DNA of 64,000 nucleotides from an uncultured Candidatus Saccharibacteria bacterium (GCA_964615725.1 CAZTPW010000001.1:18700-82699), one strand, 5' to 3'; counted from the first letter of the stretch, positions 49,566-59,794 are shown. The notes: generated by a model from the letters alone, not told the origin. A program made the numbers and translations.

Positions 49566-50279
49566 CTAGAATTGATTAACGAAGCGAAGATCGCCATCGT
49601 AGAACTTTCGAATATCATTGATACCGTACTTAATCATGGCGAGACGATCAATACCTCCACCAAAAGCGAATCCCGACCAGACTTTCTCATCGACACCAGA
49701 CATTTTCAAAACATTTGGATGGACAACCCCCGCCCCCATTACCTCAAGCCATTTCCCCTGAAACCAGACATCGATTTCTACCCCAGGCTCAACGAATGGA
49801 AAGAAGCTTGGTCGAAAGCGGATTTTGGCATCATTTCCGAGAAGTTTTTTGAAGAAGAATTCAAGAGTGCCCTTGAGGTGTGCGAGTGAAATATCTTTCC
49901 CAACGAGAAGTCCTTCAATCTGATAGAACTGCGCTTCATGCGTAGAATCTGTAGCCTCATTTCGATAAACACGCCCTGGTACGATGATGGCGTAAGGCGG
50001 TGTATGAGTCTTCATATAGCGAATCTGAACCGATGAGGTGTGGGTGCGCAAAAGGAGCTTCTCTTTCCCAGAAGCACTTTCTTCTTTGGTCTGCTTAATC
50101 CAGAACGTATCTTGCATATCTCGCGCAGGGTGATGAGCGGGCATATTGAGTGCGTCAAAATTGTAAAACTCAGTCTCGAGTTCTGGACCTTGTGCAACGG
50201 CAAAACCAAGTTCAGCAAAAATCATCTGAATTTCACGAATCAGCTGCGTTATGGGATGAAGCGTGCCTTCTTTCTGCAT
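49566..50279 (-). CDS. pheS: Phenylalanyl-tRNA synthetase alpha subunit (short form)
   Basis: HPARDMQDTFWI, class II motif 3 GFAFGGGIDRLAM. Confidence 0.92.
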   Translation of the reverse strand: MQKEGTLHPITQLIREIQMIFAELGFAVAQGPELETEFYNFDALNMPAHHPARDMQDTFWIKQTKEESASGKEKLLLRTHTSSVQIRYMKTHTPPYAIIVPGRVYRNEATDSTHEAQFYQIEGLLVGKDISLAHLKGTLEFFFKKLLGNDAKIRFRPSFFPFVEPGVEIDVWFQGKWLEVMGAGVVHPNVLKMSGVDEKVWSGFAFGGGIDRLAMIKYGINDIRKFYDGDLRFVNQF

Positions 50280-50320
50280 GGGATTAGTCTAGCAAAAAAG
50301 GCTCACTTTCGCCATGGTTT

Positions 50321-51229
50321 TTAGAGCGAAACCTCGAAATACTGATCTTTGTTTTTGAGGTATATAGTTTCGTTATCGATACGAAAATCAACATCTGGAC
50401 CGGTAAAAAGTGGCTGAATATTTTGGTCGGGTCGTCGGTCTATCTCATGGACAAAAATTCCGTCTGCCGTGCTGTAGATTACAACATCATTTCTTTCAGG
50501 GAAAAAGTCGAGGCGAAGTGGTGGTTTCGTGATTTTTGCGAATTCAATAGGGAGTCCGCAATCAAGTGTGGTTGTACCACTTCTGAGAACAACAGTATCG
50601 CTACAAAGAAATTCCGGGATACTTTTCCGCTCCCCCACCCAGTCAGCAAATAGTGACTTTCCGCTTTTCCAGAGTGAAATATCCTTGTATACCAAACGAT
50701 TCATGTCGTAGGTACCAGGAGTAGAGGTTGCAAAAAGCTCTACCACATCCTTATAGTCTGGATTTTCCTCTTGAGTTGAGGTTGACTGGAAGAATGAAAA
50801 AACTCCATCAGTAATTGATCGGTCAATTATAAATTCTTGAACCGGCACTAGGGTTGGCTTTTTCGGAATCAAAAAAGGGCTTGCATGAGTGACACGCTTT
50901 TCATAGACCGGGAGGTGCTTTGCCCATGACCAATATCCATCTCTCGCCACCACCACAAGATATGAACGGGGTGTTAGATCCTGTACAAAAAAAGATTTGT
51001 TGAGGAGTGATTCTGGCTTCTGCTTTTGGTATTCAAAATATACTTCGGCATTCTTTGGAACCTCAGAGAGTGAGATACCGCCAGTCTCCACTACTTTCCA
51101 TACACCATCGACACCTCGATCAATACGGTATCCCATAGCGTACAGCACAATCACAGGAATGAGCGCGATAAAGAGTACTGCGAAGGCAATAAAATACATC
51201 CGACGTGCTTTTGGATTCTGTACGAGCAT
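50321..51229 (-). CDS. Membrane-anchored beta-rich protein (N-terminal TM; PEGA-like segment), downstream partner of the GT2 synthase
   Basis: Transmembrane segment MYFIAFAVLFIALIPVIVLYAM, then a soluble domain containing YLVVVARDGYWSW. Confidence 0.45.
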   Translation of the reverse strand: MLVQNPKARRMYFIAFAVLFIALIPVIVLYAMGYRIDRGVDGVWKVVETGGISLSEVPKNAEVYFEYQKQKPESLLNKSFFVQDLTPRSYLVVVARDGYWSWAKHLPVYEKRVTHASPFLIPKKPTLVPVQEFIIDRSITDGVFSFFQSTSTQEENPDYKDVVELFATSTPGTYDMNRLVYKDISLWKSGKSLFADWVGERKSIPEFLCSDTVVLRSGTTTLDCGLPIEFAKITKPPLRLDFFPERNDVVIYSTADGIFVHEIDRRPDQNIQPLFTGPDVDFRIDNETIYLKNKDQYFEVSL

Positions 51230-51231
51230 GA

Positions 51232-52776
51232 TTATAGTTTATCAGACTGGCGATGCTTTGGTGTAACCCAGAAGCCCATGTATTTTCCAAGCATAAGGCG
51301 AGTTTCTGCATCAAGGCCTGGTAAAGCACTGAAGAGTGTCATGGTTACTGGTACAAGAATCCATTGGAAGAACATAAACAATCTTCGGTGAATATGCATA
51401 CCCTGTGGCGGCTCAGGCAAAATCGTAAGTGAAATAATTGCCGAAAAGAAGAGCCCGAGCATTGACGCATTCATCAAATACTTGGTAATGATTGGAAGGT
51501 TGTAGGAAATAACAGAGCTATTGAAATCAACCCCGCCAAAGACGAGCGGCATCCAACCAAGCATAAAAATAATCAACGGATGAGTAGCGAGTGACCAAAA
51601 GCCTTCGAGCTGAACAATGGCCATATACCATCGCTTCTTCCGAGGGATTTTTTTATTTTTCACACAGGCCATGAGAATGTACGGCACGTTTTCAGACCCC
51701 CACGCCCATCGACGCTGCTGCTTGTAAATATTCTTGACGGTTTTCCAAAATGTCGGAGCGAGATTTGCATCCATTGAAACTGGATATGAGATTGGTACCA
51801 CCCGATAATCACCATTGTAAGCAACAAAAGCATTCCAGAAAATTCGTGAATCCTCCGACACCATGTTTCGCTGCCAATACCCAATTTCATGGAGAGTTTT
51901 GAAACTTACCGCATGAGAAGAAAAGGTTGCCAAACGCTCTGGACGCTCCTGCTGAATCATCTGCCAAAATGTACCTGAAGTGGCAACGACGCGAGAAAGT
52001 GCTGGTGAATACCAGATGTTGTTATTGTAAAAAGGAACCGGTTGGAATGAACACCGATAACGATCTTCAGTTGTTAAGAAATGCCATGTCAAACAAGCAA
52101 AATACTTGTCGTACACAACAGTATCAATGTCAAAAGCTGATACAACCACATCCTCAAACGCTATTTTATATGGAATCAAAATCTCATCACGAGCCTTTTC
52201 TGCTGCAAAGGCAATATTCGACCCCTTTCCAGGCATTTCACCAGGCACGTCTTTTGGGTGGACAGTGTGAATGAGATGAGCAAATTCACGCTCATATTTA
52301 ATCTTTACAATATCAGCAAGCTTCTGCGCATGCTCCCCCGCTCGTTCTTCGCCTGCCAAAACAACAATAAGTCGCTTTTTGTTGTACTGCGACTCAACAA
52401 GTGCTTGTACACTTTTTTCAATAACCTCAAGACCTTCCTGATAAAAAGGCAAAATCACCATGTGGTAGATGTGCTCATGGTGCAGATCTTTCAATAAATT
52501 TGGCCAATCAGCTTCACGATTATGACGAAGTCTGCGCCAATTCTGTCGCAAGTACAATGAAAGGTAAATTGTCTTGAGCAACCAATAGATATCGAAGATG
52601 ATGATAAAAACTGCTGCCCATACCGGCAAAAAGCGTGATAGGACAATACAGAGAATAAGCGTAGTCCACGCAATAAGCCCTGGGACCATTTCAAAGAAAC
52701 GATAGAGACGTCGATCACTTCCTGTGAGATCGCTTGCTCGTCCGGCGCGGTAATATGCTGTCTTTGTATAATCCAT
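51232..52776 (-). CDS. Processive family-2 glycosyltransferase (cellulose/chitin-synthase-like membrane synthase)
   Basis: D,D,D,QxxRW motif set: SAFDIDTVV (DxD), LTTEDRY (TED) and QQRRWAWG (QxxRW). Transmembrane helices at both the N- and C-termini. No PilZ domain. Confidence 0.75.
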   Translation of the reverse strand: MDYTKTAYYRAGRASDLTGSDRRLYRFFEMVPGLIAWTTLILCIVLSRFLPVWAAVFIIIFDIYWLLKTIYLSLYLRQNWRRLRHNREADWPNLLKDLHHEHIYHMVILPFYQEGLEVIEKSVQALVESQYNKKRLIVVLAGEERAGEHAQKLADIVKIKYEREFAHLIHTVHPKDVPGEMPGKGSNIAFAAEKARDEILIPYKIAFEDVVVSAFDIDTVVYDKYFACLTWHFLTTEDRYRCSFQPVPFYNNNIWYSPALSRVVATSGTFWQMIQQERPERLATFSSHAVSFKTLHEIGYWQRNMVSEDSRIFWNAFVAYNGDYRVVPISYPVSMDANLAPTFWKTVKNIYKQQRRWAWGSENVPYILMACVKNKKIPRKKRWYMAIVQLEGFWSLATHPLIIFMLGWMPLVFGGVDFNSSVISYNLPIITKYLMNASMLGLFFSAIISLTILPEPPQGMHIHRRLFMFFQWILVPVTMTLFSALPGLDAETRLMLGKYMGFWVTPKHRQSDKL

Positions 52777-52796
52777 GGCGAGCTGCGTTTTTCGTG

Positions 52797-52869
52797 AGCC
52801 ACCTCCCAGGCTTGAACTGGGGACCTACTGTTTACAAAACAGTTGCTCTACCAACTGAGCTAAGGTGGC
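52797..52869 (-). tRNA. tRNA-Thr (anticodon UGU)
   Basis: The minus-strand 73-nt sequence GCCACCTTAGCTCAGTTGGTAGAGCAACTGTTTTGTAAACAGTAGGTCCCCAGTTCAAGCCTGGGAGGTGGCT folds as a cloverleaf: 7-bp acceptor stem, GCTC/GAGC D-stem, ACTGT/ACAGT anticodon stem with loop TTTGTAA, and CCCAG/CTGGG T-stem with TTCAAGC loop. No encoded CCA. Confidence 0.9.
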
Positions 52870-52874
52870 AAATA

Positions 52875-53270
52875 TTACTGATGAATATGACCTACGTTCT
52901 GACTTTTATCTGCCTCAATATTCTTGAGGAAAAAAGATACCGAACCCTTGTGGGTCGGATACTTAACATGCTTGCCCTGCATGGTCTCAAGCGCTTTCAT
53001 CACTGCTCCGTGAATGCGGGCTAGAAGCTTGAGAGAAATCGCATGGGCGACGCTCTTTATAATAAACAAAATTGTCCGAAACGCAAGTACGAGATTTTCA
53101 ACGACCACACGCTTCCAAGTAAGAATGGTTGCATGAAGAAATGCGTCTGTCTTTCGGAGCCATTCATGAGATAGAAAAAGTTTTCCCTTTTCCAACTCAT
53201 ACCACTTGTGCACCAAAAGCACTACAAGCGTAGCAATAGAAAGACCGAGCATTGTAAATTCAAAAATCAT
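52875..53270 (-). CDS. Hypothetical small membrane protein (131 aa)
   Basis: N-terminal transmembrane helix. Lies between tsf and tRNA-Thr. Confidence 0.35.
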   Translation of the reverse strand: MIFEFTMLGLSIATLVVLLVHKWYELEKGKLFLSHEWLRKTDAFLHATILTWKRVVVENLVLAFRTILFIIKSVAHAISLKLLARIHGAVMKALETMQGKHVKYPTHKGSVSFFLKNIEADKSQNVGHIHQ

Positions 53271-53281
53271 AAACGAGTGTG

Positions 53282-53872
53282 TTACTTCCCGAGAACGGAA
53301 TATCGCACAAATCGTGTTATTTCAATCTTCTCTCCGAATTTCTGTACAGCGTTCTGGATGAGATTGGCGATGGTCAAATCTGGATTCTTGATGAAAGGTT
53401 GTTCCATAAGAATCTTGTCGGCAAAGTATGCAGCAACCTTGCCTTCGAGGATTTTTGCCTTCATTGCTTCTGGCTTGCCCTCGACTTCCTTGGCAAACGT
53501 ATCTTCTGCAAGCTTTCGAGCCTCTTCAGTTACATCTTCTTTCTTGATGAATTCTGGGTTTGAGGCGGCAATATGCATAGCAATATCATATGCAAGTACC
53601 TGGAACTCTTTGTTTCCTGATACGAAATCAGTCTCGGACGCGAGTTCGAGGATCACACCTACACGCCCACCATGAACGTATGAAGCAATAGTACCAGCTC
53701 CAAAGGTTCTGTCTGCTTTCTTTGAAACAGCGTCAGCGCCTTTTTTTCGCAAGATAATGAGAGCTTTTTCCTTGTCACCGCCCGCTTCTTCAAGCGCTTT
53801 TCGACAGAGCATGATAGAGACACCGGTAAGATCTCGAAGTTCCTTTACTTGTTCGATGCTGATTGTTGCCAT
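53282..53872 (-). CDS. tsf: Elongation factor Ts (short form)
   Basis: MATISIEQVKELRDLTGVSIMLCRKALEEAGGD UBA-like N-terminus. Confidence 0.93.
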   Translation of the reverse strand: MATISIEQVKELRDLTGVSIMLCRKALEEAGGDKEKALIILRKKGADAVSKKADRTFGAGTIASYVHGGRVGVILELASETDFVSGNKEFQVLAYDIAMHIAASNPEFIKKEDVTEEARKLAEDTFAKEVEGKPEAMKAKILEGKVAAYFADKILMEQPFIKNPDLTIANLIQNAVQKFGEKIEITRFVRYSVLGK

Positions 53873-53937
53873 AGGTATAAGTATATACTAAAAATAATAA
53901 AAGAGAACGGATGCACTAGGCTTAAAGAAAGCCTAAA

Positions 53938-54699
53938 TTATGCCAAATGAGGCTGATTGTGTGAAGCTGGAGCTTCTGCTGGCTTCTTTGCGTGGAGAGT
54001 CTTGCCTTCCTTGATAGCCTGAACGATTTCTGAGACGACAAACTTGATGCTTGATACTGAAGTGTCATTGCCAGGAATTGGGTAGTCGACGAGCTTCATA
54101 TTGCAATCAGTACCTGAGAGGCTAACCACTGGAATACCGACGCTTCGAGCCTCCTCTACTGCAATAGCCTCTCGCTTGTGATCAACCACAAAGAGAACTT
54201 TTGGAAGTGAGGCCATAAGAGAAAGACCGCCAAAAAATCGCTGGAGGTTGTCGATTTCTCGATCAATAAGAACACGCTCCTTTTTGGTGTATTTTGAGAG
54301 TTCACCTTTCTGCTTTTTTGTAGTCAAAGACGCGAGCTTTTCTACACGCTTTCGGATTTCACCGAAGTTTGAGAAGGTACCACCAATCCATCGTCCTGCA
54401 ACGAATGGCATATCTACTGAAGTAGCTGCTGCCTGGATAATGTCTCGAGATTCGCTCTTTCCGCCGAGGAAAAGAACCTGACCACCCTTCGCAACAACAT
54501 CAGTGATGAATTTCTTTGCTGATTCGAGGGCTGGAGCAGTTTTTTCGAGGTCGAAGATTTCGACTTTGTTTTTTGTTCCAAAAATAAATGGCTTTGAGCT
54601 TGGATGTCGTCGAGAACGAGCATAGCCAAAGTGAGTACCCGCCTTGAACATGGCGTCAATGAGGGTCTTCATATGTGGGTGTTTCGCGTTTTCAGTCAT
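53938..54699 (-). CDS. rpsB: 30S ribosomal protein S2
   Basis: LIDAMFKAGTHFGY...VLFLGGK...FVAGRWIGGTFSN. The start is assigned to MTENAK (54699). Confidence 0.93.
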   Translation of the reverse strand: MTENAKHPHMKTLIDAMFKAGTHFGYARSRRHPSSKPFIFGTKNKVEIFDLEKTAPALESAKKFITDVVAKGGQVLFLGGKSESRDIIQAAATSVDMPFVAGRWIGGTFSNFGEIRKRVEKLASLTTKKQKGELSKYTKKERVLIDREIDNLQRFFGGLSLMASLPKVLFVVDHKREAIAVEEARSVGIPVVSLSGTDCNMKLVDYPIPGNDTSVSSIKFVVSEIVQAIKEGKTLHAKKPAEAPASHNQPHLA

Positions 54700-54767
54700 G
54701 GGGAGTAGTCTACCAGATGAAGTGGGATGTTGCAACCCCTCTCCTTCTCAGGCAGCTTTAGGAATAA

Positions 54768-55754
54768 TTATTCTTCGTCAGGGCTGGAATCTCCGCCTTC
54801 AACAGGCTTTCCGCCGGATTCTTGAACTGCATTAATAATATCTTCGATATCGCCCGCAAAAATCCCCTCAATATTGTGCCATGATTGCTTGATACGATGG
54901 TCAGTCACTCGGTCTTGGAGAACATTGTAGGTGCGAATCTTTTCAGATCGGTCTGCGGTACCCACCTGAGCCTTTCGCTCGCCAGAGTATTTTGATGCTT
55001 CCTCCTCTTCTTTGAGACGAGCAATTTTCGCCATGAGAATACTCATCGCTTTCTCGCGGTTCTTTGCCTGACTTCGCTCAGAAGTACAGCGGACATCGAT
55101 ACCTGTTGGCTTGTGAACGAGTCGGACGGCTGTCTCCACTTTGTTGACGTTTTGACCACCCTTTCCGCCTGCTCGTGAGAATTCCATCTCAATGTCTGCT
55201 GGGTTGATTTCGACATTTACCTTCTTTCGCATAGGCAAAATAGCAACTGAAGCGGTAGATGTGTGGACTCGACCCATCTTTTCAGTGGGTGGTACACGTT
55301 GAATACGATGAACACCTGTTTCAAAACGAAGAAGTTTGTATACATCCTTGCCACGAAGCTCAAAAGAAGCATCTTTGTAGCCCCCGAGAGAGTTTGTTGA
55401 CTCATCGAGCGTTGAGAATGACCAACCCCGCGTTTCACCGAAGCGACGATACATTTCGGCGAGTTTTGCGGCGAAAAGTGCAGCCTCATCTCCCCCCGCC
55501 CCCGCTCGAACTTCTAAAATGACTTCGTTAGGGAATTCCTCTTCTTCTTTTTCAGATGCCAAAATCTCCTCCATCTGTTTCATAATGGCGTCTTTTTGAG
55601 TCTTGATTGTTTCGAGATCATGCTTCGCTAGATCAGCAAGTGTAGCGTCGCCGGCGAGCATAGCTTGAAGATCCTTCTCCTCAGCATGAAGACGCTCCCA
55701 AGATTCTGCGAGGTAGCTTGTCTTATGACTTTGTTTAAACTTACTGAGATCCAT
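54768..55754 (-). CDS. prfA: Peptide chain release factor 1 (tripeptide PPT, GGQ motif)
   Basis: [17 protein letters not shown] (the RF1-type PxT position) and [12 protein letters not shown]. Confidence 0.88.
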   Translation of the reverse strand: MDLSKFKQSHKTSYLAESWERLHAEEKDLQAMLAGDATLADLAKHDLETIKTQKDAIMKQMEEILASEKEEEEFPNEVILEVRAGAGGDEAALFAAKLAEMYRRFGETRGWSFSTLDESTNSLGGYKDASFELRGKDVYKLLRFETGVHRIQRVPPTEKMGRVHTSTASVAILPMRKKVNVEINPADIEMEFSRAGGKGGQNVNKVETAVRLVHKPTGIDVRCTSERSQAKNREKAMSILMAKIARLKEEEEASKYSGERKAQVGTADRSEKIRTYNVLQDRVTDHRIKQSWHNIEGIFAGDIEDIINAVQESGGKPVEGGDSSPDEE

Positions 55755-56078
55755 TTACGCAGACTTGTCTGCTTTTTTGGTCGCCATCTTCTCTTTAATA
55801 GCTTTTACCGCTGCTGCTTTTGTAGTAGTTTTTGTCTGTCGAGCTTTGAACTTTTCAACACGTCCTGCTGAGTCGAGAATCTTCTCATTTCCTGTATAGA
55901 ATGGGTGTGACGCGCTTGAAATTTCCACTCGGTAGAGAGGATATTCTTTTCCGTCCTTTGCTTTGCCAGTTTCCTCAGTGGCAACAGTAGAATTGATGAT
56001 AAACTCAGCGTTGTTTGAGCTGTCTACAAAGAGTACAGGGCGGTAATTCTTCGGATGAATATCTTTTTTCATGGTCAA
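55755..56078 (-). CDS. rpmE: 50S ribosomal protein L31 with Lys/Ala-rich C-terminal extension
   Basis: MKKDIHPKNYRPVLF. The stop abuts the prfA start. Confidence 0.88.
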   Translation of the reverse strand: MTMKKDIHPKNYRPVLFVDSSNNAEFIINSTVATEETGKAKDGKEYPLYRVEISSASHPFYTGNEKILDSAGRVEKFKARQTKTTTKAAAVKAIKEKMATKKADKSA

Positions 56079-56090
56079 GAGAGTATAACC

Positions 56091-57452
56091 TTAGAGTCCC
56101 AAAATGTCAATTTGCTTCTGGTACTTGTCGGCAAATCGCATCACGTCATCACCATAGAATGCATAGGCTGCTTTTGTAGCATTGGTCCACCCCGCAAGGT
56201 AGCGGAGCGCTGCAAGACGCTCCGCAGAGCGAGTGCCGGCTGCGGCTCCATTTTCCTTCATAAGGAGAGCTGATGCCATAAATGCTGTTGCCGGATCCCA
56301 AGGATTTGGAGGTTGTTTGCCTGTCAGGCTACCGATCCGATCGGCTGATGGATCATAAGTACAGGTAACACTTCCACCTTTTGTACAAGTGTATCCAGCA
56401 TAAAGAATCCATGTCGAGGGTATAAACTGGGCAGGTCCCATTGCTCCCCCGTATCCATACCACACTTTTTTTGATACTGGCATTTGATCAGGATCGAGAC
56501 CAAGGTGCTTCATGAGCTCAGCAAAAATAGGCTGATCACGTGTAGGGTGCATATCTACACGCCACGTTCCCTTTCCGACATTTTGTCCAAGATTTGACTC
56601 TTCGGTAATGATTCCAAGAATCACCGCAGGACGCACACCGGTCTTTGCGCTTGCAAGCTTTGCATACTGAAGGGCTTGTTCGAATGGAATCGCACTTGAA
56701 CCACTCAACTGGAAGAGAGCTGTACGGATATCAGCCGCACTTTGCTGTTTTTGTTTTAGAATTTTTTGATAGGTAACCTCCTCACCCTTAGTAATTTTGA
56801 TAAGATTGGCTTTTTCTTTCTCCTGGTCTTGGAGTCGTCGCTGCTGGAGTTGTTGAATTGCTAGAAGTTTTGTTTGTTCGTCCTTCTTATCTTCAAGAAT
56901 ATCCTTTTGAGTCTGGGTTTGCTTCCTATTTTCACTCACAATATTGTATGACTCTTGAATCTGATCGTTGATAGCAGCAAATGAATCTACATCAGCAAAA
57001 TATTCAGCAATGTTTTTCCCACCGATAAACGCATGGATGGCATCAATCGATTGAAGCTGCTGCTTTTTTTGAAGTAAATGTGCGATTGAGTCTTTTTCTT
57101 TTTCAATGGTATCTGACAGGACATTGATGGTCTTTTGCTTACCTCTAATATCCTCAGAAAGCCCTTGGATTGTGAGATTTCGTGCTTTAATACTGAGCTT
57201 TGCTTCATTGATTTGTGCGGTCAAGATTGCGAGGTCGCGCTCAAGGCTCACGCGCTGATTTTGTCGCTGGGTGAGGATGGTTTTTTGTGCATCGATTTCC
57301 TTCTCGAGTTGAGCGAGCTCTCGCTCAAGCTGGGCGCGCTTTTCACTTACCGACTGAGCGTGGGTCTGAGGTACACAAGAAGCATAAAAAAAGCCGAAGA
57401 GGAGGCATAGGACCGTCATTATTCCAATAGAAAACCGAAGTGTTTTTGACAC
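56091..57452 (-). CDS. Secreted lytic murein transglycosylase (MltB/SLT-like C-terminal domain) with long N-terminal coiled-coil
   Basis: Signal/transmembrane N-terminus, about 250 aa of Q/E/K-rich coiled-coil, and a C-terminal GPAQFIPSTW block characteristic of MltB-type lytic transglycosylases. Confidence 0.65.
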   Translation of the reverse strand: MSKTLRFSIGIMTVLCLLFGFFYASCVPQTHAQSVSEKRAQLERELAQLEKEIDAQKTILTQRQNQRVSLERDLAILTAQINEAKLSIKARNLTIQGLSEDIRGKQKTINVLSDTIEKEKDSIAHLLQKKQQLQSIDAIHAFIGGKNIAEYFADVDSFAAINDQIQESYNIVSENRKQTQTQKDILEDKKDEQTKLLAIQQLQQRRLQDQEKEKANLIKITKGEEVTYQKILKQKQQSAADIRTALFQLSGSSAIPFEQALQYAKLASAKTGVRPAVILGIITEESNLGQNVGKGTWRVDMHPTRDQPIFAELMKHLGLDPDQMPVSKKVWYGYGGAMGPAQFIPSTWILYAGYTCTKGGSVTCTYDPSADRIGSLTGKQPPNPWDPATAFMASALLMKENGAAAGTRSAERLAALRYLAGWTNATKAAYAFYGDDVMRFADKYQKQIDILGL

Positions 57453-57475
57453 GTGATTATTATATCAAAATCAAA

Positions 57476-57508
57476 CAAAAAACCCACCGAAAATCGGTGG
57501 GTTTTTTG
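57476..57508. terminator. Bidirectional intrinsic terminator (AAAAAACCCACCG-AAAAT-CGGTGGGTTTTTTG)
   Basis: Read directly from the sequence. Lies downstream of rplY. Confidence 0.85.
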
Positions 57509-57534
57509 TTTGAAATTGTCTGGGAAAGAACCGA

Positions 57535-58209
57535 CTATTTCTTTTCTGCCTTTGGAGCATCTCCAGCTGGAGCTGCACCCTCTGCGCCTTCTTCTTCTTT
57601 CTTTCCTTTCTTCTCAACTTCAATCGCTGAGAGGTCTGGAGCTGCTACTGGCTCTTCTTTTTCTTCTACTGGCTGAGCAACTGAGGCGACCACATCTTCA
57701 GCATCCTGAACGAGTGACACACCCTCTGGAAGCTTGAGATCACGCGCATGGATCTGGCTATCAAAAGCAACCAATGGCGCGATATCTACATGAACACGTG
57801 ATGGCAAATCCTTTGGCAATGCTTCGATTTCCAATGTGTGAAGCACTTTCACCAAGATACCACCGAGTTCTTTAACCGCAGGAGAAACACCGTCGAATTC
57901 AAGAGGAACCTTAACCTTGAGCTTCTTACCCTTCTCGATGACATAGAAGTCAGCATGACGAATGACGTCTGTTACTGGATCCTTATCAATGTCCTTGATG
58001 AGAGCTTGATGCTCTTCTCCAAGCCCCTTGAGTTCAACAACTGAAGATTCACCCGCTGCCTTCCATACTTTTAAAAATTCAGCGGCAGGTACTGTGATCG
58101 AGGTAGTCTTTTCTTTTCTACCATAGAACACAGCAGGAAGTTTGCCAGCTGAGCGGAGTGCCTCCAATTTTTGAGTTTTATCTCGCTTTTCGAAATTAAT
58201 TGTAAGCAT
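57535..58209 (-). CDS. rplY: 50S ribosomal protein L25 / general stress protein Ctc, with acidic/Lys-rich tail
   Basis: RDKTQKLEALRSAGKLPAVFYGRKE. Confidence 0.9.
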   Translation of the reverse strand: MLTINFEKRDKTQKLEALRSAGKLPAVFYGRKEKTTSITVPAAEFLKVWKAAGESSVVELKGLGEEHQALIKDIDKDPVTDVIRHADFYVIEKGKKLKVKVPLEFDGVSPAVKELGGILVKVLHTLEIEALPKDLPSRVHVDIAPLVAFDSQIHARDLKLPEGVSLVQDAEDVVASVAQPVEEKEEPVAAPDLSAIEVEKKGKKEEEGAEGAAPAGDAPKAEKK

Positions 58210-58224
58210 GCGGGCTAGTCTACC

Positions 58225-58791
58225 TTAAAAGAAGCGAAATGGCAATATACCAACTTTCTTGCGATACTCGACAAATTGGTCTCCAAATTTTGCTTCCAGC
58301 TCCTTATCTTCAGTATTCATTACATGCTTTAAGAAGAAATACGGCGGTACAAGTAATAGAATAAACACAGAATTGAGTTGTAGGTAAATTCCACAGATAA
58401 AGATAAAAGCACCTACATAATATGGATGGCGAGACACTTTATAGGCACCGGTTATTACTAGTTGATTGGCAGGTACATCACCCATAATTGCCCAGTTTTT
58501 TGGACGAGATGCTCGGGTCCAAATCATAAGGCTCAATCCAATCAAGGAAAACACGCCTCCGCTCGCCACAATAATTCGACCCAACACCTCATGCGAGCTT
58601 ATTCTAAGAAAATCTGGAACTTCGAGAAAAACGAGTAAGACTGGAATAACGAAATAGAGAGACACTTCAAATATTTTTCTTAGCGATAGAATTACTGGAG
58701 TACTTTTTATTCTTTCACGCTTAAAAAAATAACTCCACACCAAACGAAAGGCAAAGAAAAAGAGAAGAAAATACAGTGGTAAGAGTTTCAT
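58225..58791 (-). CDS. Membrane methyltransferase of the ICMT/PEMT (isoprenylcysteine carboxyl / phospholipid methyltransferase) family
   Basis: LVITGAYKVSRHPYYVGAFIF ... EDKELEAKFGDQFVEYRKKV. Confidence 0.6.
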   Translation of the reverse strand: MKLLPLYFLLFFFAFRLVWSYFFKRERIKSTPVILSLRKIFEVSLYFVIPVLLVFLEVPDFLRISSHEVLGRIIVASGGVFSLIGLSLMIWTRASRPKNWAIMGDVPANQLVITGAYKVSRHPYYVGAFIFICGIYLQLNSVFILLLVPPYFFLKHVMNTEDKELEAKFGDQFVEYRKKVGILPFRFF

Positions 58792-58814
58792 AGCGTTTAT
58801 AGTGATGGAATAGA

Positions 58815-59789
58815 CTAGGATGTAATTATTGGGTTTACTGGCTTCCCTGTTTCAAAAAAAGTAATGATATTTTGAGCCGCCAAAACCGCCATATCATGTC
58901 GTGCCTCATCGCTCGCTGAAGCAATGTGGGGAGTAAGTACGGTGTTGGTAAGTTTGGTGAGGGCTTTGGTTACTTTTGGCTCATATTCAAACACATCGAT
59001 ACCTGCGCCAGCAATTTTTTGGGAAATAAGTGCGTCTGCCAAAGCTTTCTCATCGACGATTGGACCGCGAGCAGTATTGATGAGAATGGCGTGCTTTTTC
59101 ATAAGAGCAAAACGCTCAGCATTCATGAGGTGGTGTGTTGATGGCAAAAGTGGTACATGGAGCGATACAATATCTGCTTTTTTCAAAACATCTTCGACAG
59201 TCGGACAAAAGACGGCTCCATATTCTTTTTCAAGATTTTCGTTTCGAACAACGTCGAAATACACAACATTCATTCCGAAACCGCGGGTGGCACGCTTCAC
59301 GACACTTGCCCCAATATGCCCGGTACCGATAATGCCGAGTGTTTTCCCAGCAAGCTCCATACCATGGAGAAGCATCGGATCCCAACCTTTGTATTTTCCT
59401 TTTTTTACATAAAGATCAGCTTCAGGAATTCTACATACCAACGCAAGAATGAGTGCCCATGTGAATTCTGCCACCCGCTCTGCCCCACCGCTTGGTGTAT
59501 TGGAAAGTGCAACGCCACGCTTTTTTGCCTCATCAACAGAAAAGTTGTTGAAGCCGATGGCATAGTTGGCAAAAAGTTTTACCGAAGGCGCCGCACTCAT
59601 AACCTCCGCATCAATAGAATCAGTAAGCACAGAAAGCACTGCATCGTACTGCTTTTTTTGCAAAACCTTCACAAGCTCTGCCTTGGTGAGTGGTCGATTT
59701 TTTGTAGTCTGATCCACCTCATATCCCTTCTGGGTGAGCATTGAAATTGCTATGTCAGGAATTTTTCGTGTTACAAAAACTTTTTTCAT
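58815..59789 (-). CDS. D-isomer-specific 2-hydroxyacid dehydrogenase (glycerate/phosphoglycerate dehydrogenase-like)
   Basis: NAD-binding site LAGKTLGIIGTGHIGASV and catalytic His/Glu/Arg blocks. Confidence 0.8.
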   Translation of the reverse strand: MKKVFVTRKIPDIAISMLTQKGYEVDQTTKNRPLTKAELVKVLQKKQYDAVLSVLTDSIDAEVMSAAPSVKLFANYAIGFNNFSVDEAKKRGVALSNTPSGGAERVAEFTWALILALVCRIPEADLYVKKGKYKGWDPMLLHGMELAGKTLGIIGTGHIGASVVKRATRGFGMNVVYFDVVRNENLEKEYGAVFCPTVEDVLKKADIVSLHVPLLPSTHHLMNAERFALMKKHAILINTARGPIVDEKALADALISQKIAGAGIDVFEYEPKVTKALTKLTNTVLTPHIASASDEARHDMAVLAAQNIITFFETGKPVNPIITS

Positions 59790-59794
59790 ATTCT

